The notes beneath the pieces were generated by a model. It was not told the DNA's origin. It saw only the letters and a list, made by a program, of their open reading frames with translations, and ran no database searches. This document shows positions 1 to 9,772 of a DNA stretch of 64,000 nt, one piece after another (within the stretch, counting starts at the first letter, position 1; each line of letters begins with the position of its first letter). The DNA is from an uncultured Bacilli bacterium (GTDB lineage Bacteria; Bacillota_I; Bacilli_A; RFN20; CAG-826), in assembly GCA_944363525.1 (NCBI GenBank), contig CALVUF010000004.1:81139-145138 (forward strand), given 5' to 3'. The translations under genes were made by a program, and so were the position numbers.

Positions 1-398
1 ATATTTCGGACATGGCCTATATCATGGACTACCCGAGCAACATGGTCTTATGGGACCATAACCTCCAGTTCATGGAACCCTATGATGACCCGAGTCTCCC
101 CGTCGAAGGGGAAGCGTTCATCACCTATGATAACTACATGATGTACGACTTCTTTGAGACCGCCCAGATCATGAACTCGCTGCAGGCCGCGACCACGGTC
201 ATGAGTTGCCTTCTGATTGACCTTATCATGGTGGTCAACCTCGATGCCGCCGGGAACCTCAATACCATCGATTTCCTCTTCGACATCCTGCTCAATGGCT
301 CGGCCATCCAACTTCAACTCACCTACACCGATTTCGGGACCACCACCATCCCCGCCCTCGATCAGTGGATGCAAACCTATATCACCGATCAGAAATAG
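1..398 (+). CDS. hypothetical protein, C-terminal part (ORF enters from upstream of window)
   Basis: Open frame from window start to TAG at 396-398. Acidic/aromatic-rich. The next gene's SD lies just downstream. Confidence 0.35.
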   Translation, partial: ISDMAYIMDYPSNMVLWDHNLQFMEPYDDPSLPVEGEAFITYDNYMMYDFFETAQIMNSLQAATTVMSCLLIDLIMVVNLDAAGNLNTIDFLFDILLNGSAIQLQLTYTDFGTTTIPALDQWMQTYITDQK

Positions 399-412
399 GA
401 AAGGAACGATTT

Positions 413-1213
413 ATGAATAAGAAACTAATCCCTCTTGTCGCCGTCGCTTGCTTCGGGCTCGTCGGCTGCCGCGAGAACGCCAGCTCGACCAGTTCCCCTT
501 CGACCGAGGATAGCCTCACGGACGTCACCGACACCGGTGCCTCCAACACCGGCTCCTCAAGCGAAGCCTACGAATCGGTTGATTGGGATCCGGAAGACGA
601 AGTCATGGAAGGCGGGATCACGGGCGCTTTCATTGATGCCGCGGTCAACATCGTCTTCACCGTCGGCTATGAATACCGGGGCTCCGTCAGCTTCGGCAGC
701 TATTCGACCGTCGGGGCCTACATCAAACTCACCGACAACGGAGTCGTTGAGGCTTCGATCGATGATTCCGGCATGGTCACTTTCAAAGGGCTCAAAGCCG
801 GGGAGGCCGTCATTGAGGTCTATGACGCCAATGATTTCCTCTATTATCGGAACCTGCTGACTTTCCGCGACGCTTTAAAGACTGAGGCCGAGATCACTGA
901 CTTCATCGTCAATTCGGTCGATCACTATACCTCCGTCGCCTATCCGGGGATGCACATCTCCTTCTTAGCCGGCAACACTGGCATGGTCTATGGCTCGGAT
1001 GAAGGCATCGGGCTGGAGCCGGCCATCACCTTTGGTTATGAATATCGTGGCGTTGAAGGGACCGAGCACCATCTGCTCATCACCGATTGGCAGAACAAGA
1101 CCTATTCCACCCTCACCATCACCGATATCTATATTGAGTTGAACGGGTACACCGCCCACCCGATGACCAGCGGCGGCGTTGTTGATTTCTTCACCCCGGT
1201 CTTCTCGGAGTGA
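413..1213 (+). CDS. lipoprotein, unknown function
   Basis: ATG at 413 preceded by AGGAAAGGAACG SD. N-terminus MNKKLIPLVAVACFGLVGC is a signal peptide with lipobox (LVGC). The track ORF starting at 365 is an upstream extension. Confidence 0.6.
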   Translation: MNKKLIPLVAVACFGLVGCRENASSTSSPSTEDSLTDVTDTGASNTGSSSEAYESVDWDPEDEVMEGGITGAFIDAAVNIVFTVGYEYRGSVSFGSYSTVGAYIKLTDNGVVEASIDDSGMVTFKGLKAGEAVIEVYDANDFLYYRNLLTFRDALKTEAEITDFIVNSVDHYTSVAYPGMHISFLAGNTGMVYGSDEGIGLEPAITFGYEYRGVEGTEHHLLITDWQNKTYSTLTITDIYIELNGYTAHPMTSGGVVDFFTPVFSE

Positions 1214-1246
1214 TTAAATAAAATCTCTTAAGGAAAGGGTAAACAA

Positions 1247-3898
1247 ATGAAACAGAAGAATCTCCTTGTCCTCCTCAGTGCCCTCGCCTTGACCGCCTGC
1301 GGGCCGAGCGGAAATAGCTCCTCGAGCCCCGCTGGGACCGGGACGGGCACGGGCGATAGCCAGGTAACCGACACCGACACCGGCAGCAACACGGATCCGA
1401 TTGGGTCCGACACGGGCTCCGGATCGGGCGGAGGGACCACCCAAGAGGAAACGACCTATGCCATTCGTGTCGAAGGCCTCCCGACCGGCGTTAAGATCAC
1501 CGTCGACAAAGAAAAAGCCAAAGAGGGTGAAACCGTCACCATCACCGTCACCGTCGAAGACGGCTTCGAACTCGGCTACCTCCTCGTCAATGGCGAGCCG
1601 GTGACCGTCGGGGCCGACGGCAAAGCCACCTTCACCATGCCGAACCGCTCGGTCAGCATCGCCGCCACCGTCAACGCGATCGGCGAAATCACTTTAAGAG
1701 GGCAGATCTCCGCCGTCTTAAAAGAAGAGACCGAAGGGTCGGGGCTCTACGTCGCCCGGAATATCCCGGTCAGCCAAACCTCGGCTTTCTCCTTCATGGT
1801 CGGCAGCACCGAACTCGACATGTCCGACCTCGATTGGACCAAGTGCTTCGCCGCCATCAGCTACAGCAATTCCGAAGCCGGCGAGCTCAAAATCGAAGGT
1901 GGGGCGACCTATGACTTCTATTACGATGACAACGCCGACGAGGAAGCCGGCCGTTGCTACATCAAGAAGGTCAAGCAGGACAAACTCCCGGATAGCCCCG
2001 AGAGCCTGAACAACCTCTTCCAGGGCATGGCCAGAAGCGAATCGACCATGAACCCGGACGATGTCTTGAAGATCGACTACACCAACAATGTCACTGGGAT
2101 CGATTACGACTATCAGAACTACACCAACGGTTCCTATGCCGAAGCCCATGATATGAAGGACGGCAACAAGGTCGTCGGCGTAGTCGATAAGAAGATCAAA
2201 GACGGGGTCCTCTCGGTCGTCAACACCTACCTCGACGACGGGGAATCCTATTATTCCGGCAATTACGAGAAGTATTCCGGGAAGTATGCCATTGTCGACA
2301 AGACCACCGATATCGCGGCCGGCTACTCCCGTTACTCCTACGTCAAGTCGATGGCGGAGCACGAAGCCCATTTCTATGCCCATAACTATGAATCGATCTA
2401 CTTCGATATCATGTATGCCTATTATCTTGGCTATGACACTTCGGCCGACATCGGCACCGAGGGCTTAGGGCAGTTCGAGCGGAAGATCGTCTCGACCGCG
2501 ACCGCCGATGGGTTCACCGTCGACCTCGATTCCTATCGGGAGATCGACACCTCCAGCTCGACCCAGGTCGACGAGGAAGACCGCGAGACCAGCTATTACA
2601 CCTACGCGATCGACTTCAAGTTCGATACCGCGGGCCGTCTGCTAAGCCTCGACTTCGATGGCAAGGTCTATGACAGCGATGCCTATGACTTCTCCTCCCA
2701 TACCTTGATCGATCCTAACGATTACACCACGACCTACGACATCACCATCGCCTACATCTATGGCGCCCCGGCCGCGGAGAATACCCACGAGGACTCCGCT
2801 TACTTCACCTCGAAGATGGGCGTCACCGTCCGCGATGAGGACCTTGGCGAGGAATACGCTGAGAAGAACGCCATCCAGCGGAAGAACAACGACAGCGACG
2901 CCGCGGTCAATGCCCATATGACCATGACCTCGGATAAGACGACGGCCGTCGACTTGGAGAACTTCACCATCATCTCCAGCTCCGATACCTCGGTCATCGG
3001 TCCGCGGAGCGCCCTCGAGCCCTTCACTTGGATCCCCAAGAAGAAAGGGACTGCCACCCTCACCATCGGCAATCCGGCCGTTCCTTCGGTCCCGCAGACC
3101 CAGATTGAGGTCGAGGTCGTCGATAACGCCGAAGTCCGTTCCTTCTACCTCACCGGCAAAGACGGCCCCTGGAGCGCTTCCCAGGAATTGCTCGACACCG
3201 CCAACTCCTTCACCTTGAACGCCGGCACCACCCGGACCTTCCGGGTCATCGGCTCGCCCAATGACGTGATGGTTCCTTGCGATCCGGTTTCTTCGGATCC
3301 CAATCTGCTCGAGGTCAGCGTCTATCAAGGCGCTGATGGGTACTATTACCTCTACGCTTCGGCCAAAAAAGCGGCTGTGACTTCGGCGACCAATGTCACC
3401 ATCACCCTCAATTCCGACTACTATATGGCGGATTGGGCTGATTCCCCGGCGACCGTCTCGGTCACCATCCTGCCGGCCTCCGATTTCAATCCGATCGGCA
3501 CTTGGTATTACATCTCTGAGTTCGACGCTAGCTACAACGCCACCGCGGTCAACAAAGACGTCGTCATCACCTTGAAAGAATACGACGGGACTGATGCCAC
3601 CGTCTCCACCGTTACCGATGCGGAAGGCAACGTCTACAAGTTCGGCTTCAACGTCGATCCGGATACTGGGGTCTACTCCTACACCCACATCGATGGCGGC
3701 AACGTCGCCTATGTCTCGGTCGTTGAGACCGAAGACGGCTACCTCGGCTTAGTCCTCGAGGCTGATGATGCCCAGTGGACTGGTCAGGATACCGGCACCG
3801 AGGGTACTATTGTCTTCGGCAATATTACCTATGACGAAGGCGTCATCATCAGCGAAGAATACGATAGCTTCGCTCCGGCCGCTGATTGGGCTGACTGA
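1247..3898 (+). CDS. large surface lipoprotein with Ig-like (Big_2-like) segment
   Basis: MKQKNLLVLLSALALTAC lipobox, then S/G/T-rich linker. 883 aa. AAGGAAAGGGTAAAC SD upstream. Confidence 0.65.
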   Translation: MKQKNLLVLLSALALTACGPSGNSSSSPAGTGTGTGDSQVTDTDTGSNTDPIGSDTGSGSGGGTTQEETTYAIRVEGLPTGVKITVDKEKAKEGETVTITVTVEDGFELGYLLVNGEPVTVGADGKATFTMPNRSVSIAATVNAIGEITLRGQISAVLKEETEGSGLYVARNIPVSQTSAFSFMVGSTELDMSDLDWTKCFAAISYSNSEAGELKIEGGATYDFYYDDNADEEAGRCYIKKVKQDKLPDSPESLNNLFQGMARSESTMNPDDVLKIDYTNNVTGIDYDYQNYTNGSYAEAHDMKDGNKVVGVVDKKIKDGVLSVVNTYLDDGESYYSGNYEKYSGKYAIVDKTTDIAAGYSRYSYVKSMAEHEAHFYAHNYESIYFDIMYAYYLGYDTSADIGTEGLGQFERKIVSTATADGFTVDLDSYREIDTSSSTQVDEEDRETSYYTYAIDFKFDTAGRLLSLDFDGKVYDSDAYDFSSHTLIDPNDYTTTYDITIAYIYGAPAAENTHEDSAYFTSKMGVTVRDEDLGEEYAEKNAIQRKNNDSDAAVNAHMTMTSDKTTAVDLENFTIISSSDTSVIGPRSALEPFTWIPKKKGTATLTIGNPAVPSVPQTQIEVEVVDNAEVRSFYLTGKDGPWSASQELLDTANSFTLNAGTTRTFRVIGSPNDVMVPCDPVSSDPNLLEVSVYQGADGYYYLYASAKKAAVTSATNVTITLNSDYYMADWADSPATVSVTILPASDFNPIGTWYYISEFDASYNATAVNKDVVITLKEYDGTDATVSTVTDAEGNVYKFGFNVDPDTGVYSYTHIDGGNVAYVSVVETEDGYLGLVLEADDAQWTGQDTGTEGTIVFGNITYDEGVIISEEYDSFAPAADWAD

Positions 3899-3917
3899 TC
3901 GTTCTCTTAACTAACTT

Positions 3918-3954
3918 AAGAGCCTCTTCCTCACCAGGGGAGGCTCTTTTGTTT
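3918..3954 (+). terminator. rho-independent terminator after lipoprotein gene
   Basis: AAGAGCCTCTTCC/GGGGAGGCTCTT hairpin followed by TTTTGTTT. Confidence 0.6.
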
Positions 3955-4524
3955 ATCCAAAGCGAATAGATCAGTGGCAGGGCGTCTCTGTCCGCCGGCA
4001 ACTAAAATTGACCCGCCCTGGATGGCGTCTTGTTCGGTTTTTTCGAGAGAATGCATCCAATGTCGGTCCTATTATCTTTAGGGACTTGGGTCAATTTTGG
4101 GTTGCCGATTCCGCTAACGCTTTTTTGTTCGTTGGCATCTGTCCTTGTATTAGCCTGAAAATACAATTAAGCGACCACAAGCGAATCCGTAGCTTTTGTT
4201 AGCGTCGCCTTCCGCAGTTAACCAAATTAGGTTAGATTGACCGAGAAGAGAATGGCGAGTAAGTGTAATTGTATGCAGCGAATCACGATCCTGTTTCTGG
4301 CGGCTATTCAGAGCAAACGTTGCAGAAAGTAGGCCTATTGATGACTTTGCAGGCTTTTCGATTTCAGATATCTGACTTTTGCATGTTTTTCAAGCCTTCT
4401 GGGCTTTGTTTGGCTTATCGATGGGGAATTTATCAAGTGGATGGGGAAATGCGCTGCAAAAGGGTTTTAGATGATAAATCGCTGTTCTATTTCCCCGCTA
4501 TCTACGTTGATAACCTAGGCGAGC

Positions 4525-4553
4525 AAAAGAAAAGCCATCCGGTTAGGGATGGC
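4525..4553 (-). terminator. rho-independent terminator for minus-strand lipoprotein gene
   Basis: GCCATCC-GGTTAGG-GATGGC hairpin. The minus-strand read gives a hairpin followed by TTTTCTTTT. Confidence 0.5.
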
Positions 4554-4575
4554 TGATGGTTATGACGATAGCTGA

Positions 4576-6774
4576 TTAGGCTTCGGTCGAGGTCGACGGG
4601 GTGTCGTCCCCGGTGGTGCCGGAATCATCGCCAGTCGTCGGCATGGTCGACTTATAGGGGTTGGCCATGTAGGCTTTGGCATCTTCCGGAACGTTATCGA
4701 CGCCGACGTCGGTGTAACTGATGTGGATGTAATAGTTGGCGGTGGAGAAATTGAAGACGAGGTCCATGGTGAACTCATCCTCGGTCACCGTGAAGTAGCA
4801 ATCGCAGTAGTCATCGAGGTAGCCGGTCATGCCAAGGTAGTAAGCGGTCCAGAAGGCATAGGACTGGTTGACGTGGAAGAGCATAGTGTAGAAGACGCCG
4901 CTTAAGCCCATATCCACTCCACCTTGCATATAGGAGAAGTTCCGGTCCGGACCATAGGAGTTGAAGTAGTACTTGCCATCGCTAAGATCAGTGATAGAGG
5001 TCATCTCGAACAAGGTCTTTCCGCCGGTGGCTTCGGTGACGGATTTTGAATGACCGAAGGAAGCGGTCGGGACGAGGATCGAATCGGCCCAGATGTCTTT
5101 GATGGCGGCGTTGTCGGCATCCTGAACCGCGACGTTGAAGCCGTTGCCGGTTTCCGCATCATAGATACCGGTCGCTTCATGGAAGGCGCCATTGTAGATG
5201 AACTTCAGATCGGTGTGGTTGTTCTGAATATTGGCATCGCCCATGCTGAGCGAGGTGTCGCAATAGACGTTGTTGTTATTGAGGTTGCCATAACGGGCGT
5301 AGATGGCATTCTCGTTGGCATAGGTCAATACCGACATCGAGGAGAAGATATCCTGATGGGTATCGGAGAACTTCATGTTGTCCGGGGTCTCCACCTGCTT
5401 GCCGGTGTTGTCCTTCCAAGCGGCGTCCATTTTCATGGTGTAGGACTTCTTCTCGGCCATGTTGTCGAAGAAGGCGTCGAGTGGGGTGACCGGGATCGGA
5501 TCCGGGGTGGTCGGGGCTTTGACCCAGGCGTCGGCGGCCGCGAAGTTGGCGGTGCCGAAGTCGCTGACTTGGATAGAAGCTGGGAATTCCTCAACCTTTC
5601 CCGAGGTCGAGGGTAGTTCGAGGGTATCGATGTAATTGATGTCGTCCCCATCGATGATGGCCGGGTAGAAGGTGAGGAAGGAACTGCCATTGGATTCGCC
5701 AAGGTAGACCATGGCCCCGTTGATGGTAGCTCCGTAAAGTTCATCGCAATAGTAGACGATGTTGCTCCAAGCCTCCGGGGAGATAGAGTCGAGCATGGTG
5801 GTCAACGAGTTGGAACCATCTTCCTCAATGTAGTACATACCGGTCGCTTCGCCACGATAGGAGATTTCGTGGTAGCTCGAGGCCGGGACAGTGAAGGAAC
5901 CAAGCCCCTCGATTTCCTTGCTGGCCGCGTAGCCATGGCCGATTTCGAAAGTATCGGAATCGATGGTGAACCAGCTCGCGCCGGTGGCATCGGGGGCCGC
6001 TTCGACGGTGAAGTTCCGCCAAACGTCATTGGTGGTGTCATGGATCGACCCGCCTAAGGTATAGGTCTGGGTGGCCTCGTTGGTGGCGACGGGGTAATAG
6101 AAATAATCCTCAGTAGAAGCATAAACACCCGAGATGGCCGAATAGGAAATCCAGTTGTCCTTAATGGAGGAGTAGAACTGATTGAAGGCAACCTTATTCT
6201 CTGAAATGACGTAGCCGGTCAAAGCCCGGACGGTCTTCCCAGCGTGGAGGGTGACGGTGTATTCGCCCGCAGTTAAACCATAGAAGGTCTGGCCTTCGAT
6301 CTTGACGACGTCTGGGGTCGAGGTGGTGAGGTACCAAGAGCCGACGCCAGTCACTTCGACATAGTCGGCGACCCTGACGGCGTTGTCTTTGCCTGGGAGG
6401 ATCTCGACCGGGAGGGCGTCATAGTCAACGGTGACTTTGCCCGAAACTCCGGAATCAGGGTCGGCGATGGTGATGGTGTATTCTTCTTTGCTGGTGCCGT
6501 TAGAGACGGTGATGGTCACTTCGCCAGGGGCGAGGGGGGTGACGGTGCCGTCATTGGCGACTGCAGCGATGCTCTCATCGGAGACGGTCCAGGTCAATTC
6601 GCCGTCAAGCTTAGTCTCGATTTTGCCGGTTGCCCCGAGGTTAAGGGTGCCGCCATTAGCGATAATGACGATCGAACTGCTGGTTTCGCCCGGATTGTTG
6701 TCGCAGCTGGTGGCGAGCATCGGGGCGCCGAGAGCGAGGACCGCCGCTAAGCTGAGCAGGAGGTTCTTTTTCAT
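4576..6774 (-). CDS. surface lipoprotein with Ig-like repeats
   Basis: ORF 4576..6783. Second ATG (6774, MKKNLLLSLAAVLALGAPMLATSC) has better SD spacing (AGGAAAGGA-8nt-ATG). Lipobox LATSC. C-terminal TGDD repeats. Confidence 0.6.
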   Translation of the reverse strand: MKKNLLLSLAAVLALGAPMLATSCDNNPGETSSSIVIIANGGTLNLGATGKIETKLDGELTWTVSDESIAAVANDGTVTPLAPGEVTITVSNGTSKEEYTITIADPDSGVSGKVTVDYDALPVEILPGKDNAVRVADYVEVTGVGSWYLTTSTPDVVKIEGQTFYGLTAGEYTVTLHAGKTVRALTGYVISENKVAFNQFYSSIKDNWISYSAISGVYASTEDYFYYPVATNEATQTYTLGGSIHDTTNDVWRNFTVEAAPDATGASWFTIDSDTFEIGHGYAASKEIEGLGSFTVPASSYHEISYRGEATGMYYIEEDGSNSLTTMLDSISPEAWSNIVYYCDELYGATINGAMVYLGESNGSSFLTFYPAIIDGDDINYIDTLELPSTSGKVEEFPASIQVSDFGTANFAAADAWVKAPTTPDPIPVTPLDAFFDNMAEKKSYTMKMDAAWKDNTGKQVETPDNMKFSDTHQDIFSSMSVLTYANENAIYARYGNLNNNNVYCDTSLSMGDANIQNNHTDLKFIYNGAFHEATGIYDAETGNGFNVAVQDADNAAIKDIWADSILVPTASFGHSKSVTEATGGKTLFEMTSITDLSDGKYYFNSYGPDRNFSYMQGGVDMGLSGVFYTMLFHVNQSYAFWTAYYLGMTGYLDDYCDCYFTVTEDEFTMDLVFNFSTANYYIHISYTDVGVDNVPEDAKAYMANPYKSTMPTTGDDSGTTGDDTPSTSTEA

Positions 6775-6910
6775 AAATTTCATCCTTTCCTTTCGGCTAT
6801 TCGCTATGAATTAGCCGTGTCTTTTCATTCTTTGTCGAATGAACGCCCATATACCATACGTGGCAAATTATAAAAAGCAAGGATAAGTTGCTTTATTTTA
6901 AAAAATAAAA

Positions 6911-6933
6911 GAGCCGAGAGGTTATCTCGGCTC
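6911..6933 (-). terminator. terminator (bidirectional hairpin) downstream of protease lipoprotein gene
   Basis: GAGCCGAGA-GGTTA-TCTCGGCTC flanked by A/T runs on both sides. Confidence 0.55.
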
Positions 6934-6946
6934 AATTGATCTTGAC

Positions 6947-9025
6947 TTAGTCCTCGAAGGCGGGGTTGTAGGACGGGGTCTTGATGAAGTGGAGGGTGAT
7001 CTCCTCGTCGGTCTGATTCTCGACGTGGAAGGTCCAGTCGAAGCGGGACCCATCGTTCCAGAGGAGGTCATTGGGGTAGAAGGAACGCGAGTAGTAGTTG
7101 GAGTAGGTGTCGTTCCCATAGTAGCTTTCCTTCTTGGTGCCGGTGTCGTTTTTGGCTTTGAAGTCTTCGGAACCGAAGAGGTTAGTCATCAAGCCGAAGG
7201 AAGAATAATAGGAAGATCCGGAAGTGGAGTTGGTGGTGGTGGCGAAGACTGCTTGAAGCTCCCGGTTCTGGGTGGCGTTGCCGGCGGCGTCGGTCGAGCG
7301 GGACGGGGTGTTGTCGTGGACTCGACGGGCTTCCGATTCATAGGTGCCGGCGGTCCGGTCGGTTTTGTCGGCCGGCAACGGGTTATCGGTATATTCCGAG
7401 ACCAGGCTGCCGTTGTTGAGAGTCCCGTCTTCGTTTAGAGTTCCCTTATCGGAGGCGACCCGGGTATCGACGTGGAAGATCTGGAGACCCGGGTACTCAT
7501 AGGTCCCGCCATGGCCATAGGCGGCCGAGCCGGAGGCGCTGGTGGCGTTGCTCCATTCCGGATAGCCGTCGCTATCTTCCTCGTTTAGGCCGGTCGGAGT
7601 GTAGTATTGGAGCATCAAATACTCGTCATATGGGGTTTCGTTCCAGGGATCGCTGGTCGGTTTGACCAGGAGGAAGTCGCCGGTCTCGGTGAAGGACTTC
7701 AAGGTGATGGTGAAGTTGTCGCTCGAGCCATCGACGACCCGCGGGGCGACCCAGTTGTAGATCATCTTGGTGTAGGCGTTGTGGTCGCCGACGTTGTTGT
7801 CCATCATGTCGACTTGGCCCGCCGGGCCCTCGGTCCGGTCATATGAGTAGTAGTCGGGGGCGCCCATCATGTGCCCGGTTTCGTGGATAATGGTGTGGGC
7901 GTCGACCGATTTTCCTTCCCAGAGCTGCCCTTGGGCGTTTTCGCCGGTGGCGGCGGAATTGTAGTAGTTATTGGTTACGTAGTCGTAACGGGTCCAGAAG
8001 ATTCGGTGGACGTTCGGGGAGGCGGTGTTCGGGGACATCCTGGTGTTAGTGGTGAAGTTCCACCAGAGTCCGCTGCTGCCGGCGTCGGCGGTGCCGCTCA
8101 TGCCCGGGGTGGCGTTTTGGGTGGTGTAGACGACTTCGACGCCATCGATGTAGCCATCGCCGTCGAGGTCATAATCCTTGGGGTCGATTTTCCCGGTGCT
8201 GGTGAGCCAATTGACCGCTTCTTGGGCTATTTGGGTCGAGAAACCGGTATTCGAGCTCGAGATATTCTTGTCGTTATAAGGGGCGGTGTAGATGTCGGTG
8301 ACCTCACCGGTGATATTCAATTTTCCGTAACTCGATTTCTTGTAATAGGAAGCGAGCGATTCCCACGGGGTGCCGTCGGAATCGGCGAAGAAAGCCTCTT
8401 CGAGCATCGGCTTAACTTCATCGCGGATGTCAGCAGTGAATTTCTGACCATCCGCGAATTCGACCGGGATGACGAGGATCTTGACGTTCCCGTTGGCCGG
8501 CATGCCGCCGCCGCCGAGGGTCTCGATTTCATCGAAGTTCTGAATCTGATATTCGGCTAAATCGTTGGCCGTATAGCTTTTATAGCCCTTGCCTTCGGCC
8601 GCGGCCGCCGGGGTCTTGGCCTCGACGTTGAACTTGACGGTCCCGTAGGTATAGCCGCTTTGGGAGTAGCGGATCTCGCAGGTGTATTGGCCAGCCGGAA
8701 GCGAATCCGAGGCGGAGAACTCCTCGCCCGAGGTATCGTTGGTGATGGTGTAGGTGGTCCGGGCCGAATAGTTATAGACCTCGGTCTTGCTGCCGTCGGT
8801 TAAGTCCTCAAAGACGACGCTCGGCAAGCAGCCATCGAAGAAGGTCGAGCCTTCGGGGATGGTGGACGCGGCCAAAGTGATGTTCAGACGACGATCGCCT
8901 TCGGTCTCGCTACTGCTGGTGGTGGCATCGCCTTTGTTGCAGGCGGCGAGGCCAACGACGCTGAGCCCGAGCAGAGCCCAGCAGGTTACTTTAGTTTTAC
9001 TCATTTTCATATCCATGCCTCTCAT
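6947..9025 (-). CDS. M6 (immune inhibitor A-like) zinc metallopeptidase lipoprotein
   Basis: HETGHMMGAPD = HEXXHXXGXXD motif. Lipobox VVGLAAC. Likely start is the MKMSKTK Met at ~9010 (GAGG SD). 692 aa. Confidence 0.6.
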   Translation of the reverse strand: MRGMDMKMSKTKVTCWALLGLSVVGLAACNKGDATTSSSETEGDRRLNITLAASTIPEGSTFFDGCLPSVVFEDLTDGSKTEVYNYSARTTYTITNDTSGEEFSASDSLPAGQYTCEIRYSQSGYTYGTVKFNVEAKTPAAAAEGKGYKSYTANDLAEYQIQNFDEIETLGGGGMPANGNVKILVIPVEFADGQKFTADIRDEVKPMLEEAFFADSDGTPWESLASYYKKSSYGKLNITGEVTDIYTAPYNDKNISSSNTGFSTQIAQEAVNWLTSTGKIDPKDYDLDGDGYIDGVEVVYTTQNATPGMSGTADAGSSGLWWNFTTNTRMSPNTASPNVHRIFWTRYDYVTNNYYNSAATGENAQGQLWEGKSVDAHTIIHETGHMMGAPDYYSYDRTEGPAGQVDMMDNNVGDHNAYTKMIYNWVAPRVVDGSSDNFTITLKSFTETGDFLLVKPTSDPWNETPYDEYLMLQYYTPTGLNEEDSDGYPEWSNATSASGSAAYGHGGTYEYPGLQIFHVDTRVASDKGTLNEDGTLNNGSLVSEYTDNPLPADKTDRTAGTYESEARRVHDNTPSRSTDAAGNATQNRELQAVFATTTNSTSGSSYYSSFGLMTNLFGSEDFKAKNDTGTKKESYYGNDTYSNYYSRSFYPNDLLWNDGSRFDWTFHVENQTDEEITLHFIKTPSYNPAFED

Positions 9026-9130
9026 TGCACGTGTGTGAATAATATAGGTTGGCTGGATTAAGTCAACTTATTTAACGTTTTCGCCCGAACAATAGGGCAA
9101 TAGGCATATTTATGATTACTGCGATTTTTA

Positions 9131-9670
9131 ATGCAAACAGCGGATTATTGCGGTCCTTTGTTTGCTGTTGCGGACTTTTTGGCTGGGATTTTTGATATAT
9201 CGTTTCTTCCTCGGTTTTTGCCTTTGCTTATTGATTTATCGCCCATTTACTCTAGTATTCGTCTTGTGAAAAAATCGTTTTGGGTCGCCTTTGGCATCAC
9301 CACCGGCCTTAGCTTACTGGCTTTCTTCTTGATGCTCTTCCTCCGATCAGGAAATATCTATTCCCGGCTTAGTGACGCCTTCTTCGTCGGTGGGGCCATC
9401 GTCTTGGCCTTCCTTGGCTTTCGGATTATCGGCCGGAGCGGAACCTTCGACCTATTAGGCTATGCCAGCTACCGCTTCTTCGAGGCCTATCGCCACCAGG
9501 GGATGGACAAGCGGTTTGAGGATGCCGGGGACTATCACGAGTACAAACTCGAGCAACGGGTGAAGAATAAATTGGTCTGGTTGCCATACCTCATTATTGG
9601 TTTAGCCGAATTTGCCCTCGGGGTCGTCTTTATGATCGTTTTCCTAACCAATAGCCCAGCCGTTAGGTAA
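9131..9670 (+). CDS. hypothetical membrane protein
   Basis: 179-aa ORF with 3-4 hydrophobic helices. No clear SD, so the start is uncertain. Confidence 0.4.
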   Translation: MQTADYCGPLFAVADFLAGIFDISFLPRFLPLLIDLSPIYSSIRLVKKSFWVAFGITTGLSLLAFFLMLFLRSGNIYSRLSDAFFVGGAIVLAFLGFRIIGRSGTFDLLGYASYRFFEAYRHQGMDKRFEDAGDYHEYKLEQRVKNKLVWLPYLIIGLAEFALGVVFMIVFLTNSPAVR

Positions 9671-9772
9671 AAAAATCAAAAAAAGGTTGCATTTTTTTCT
9701 TCCTGTGGTTTCCTTTGCTTACGCGTTTTCCGCAAGCGCGCATATAAAGAAACGAAAGGAAGGCAAAAAACA

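Noticed and set aside
1718-3688. Long antisense ORFs inside the 1247-3898 lipoprotein gene (1718-2383, 2642-3688). Similar ones lie inside other big genes (10103-11116, 38815-39567, 48294-49767, 50793-51446, 61526-61981).
   Set aside because: They have G/R/D/V-rich low-complexity translations and no SDs. They overlap well-supported sense genes, which is typical of stop-poor antisense frames at 55% GC.
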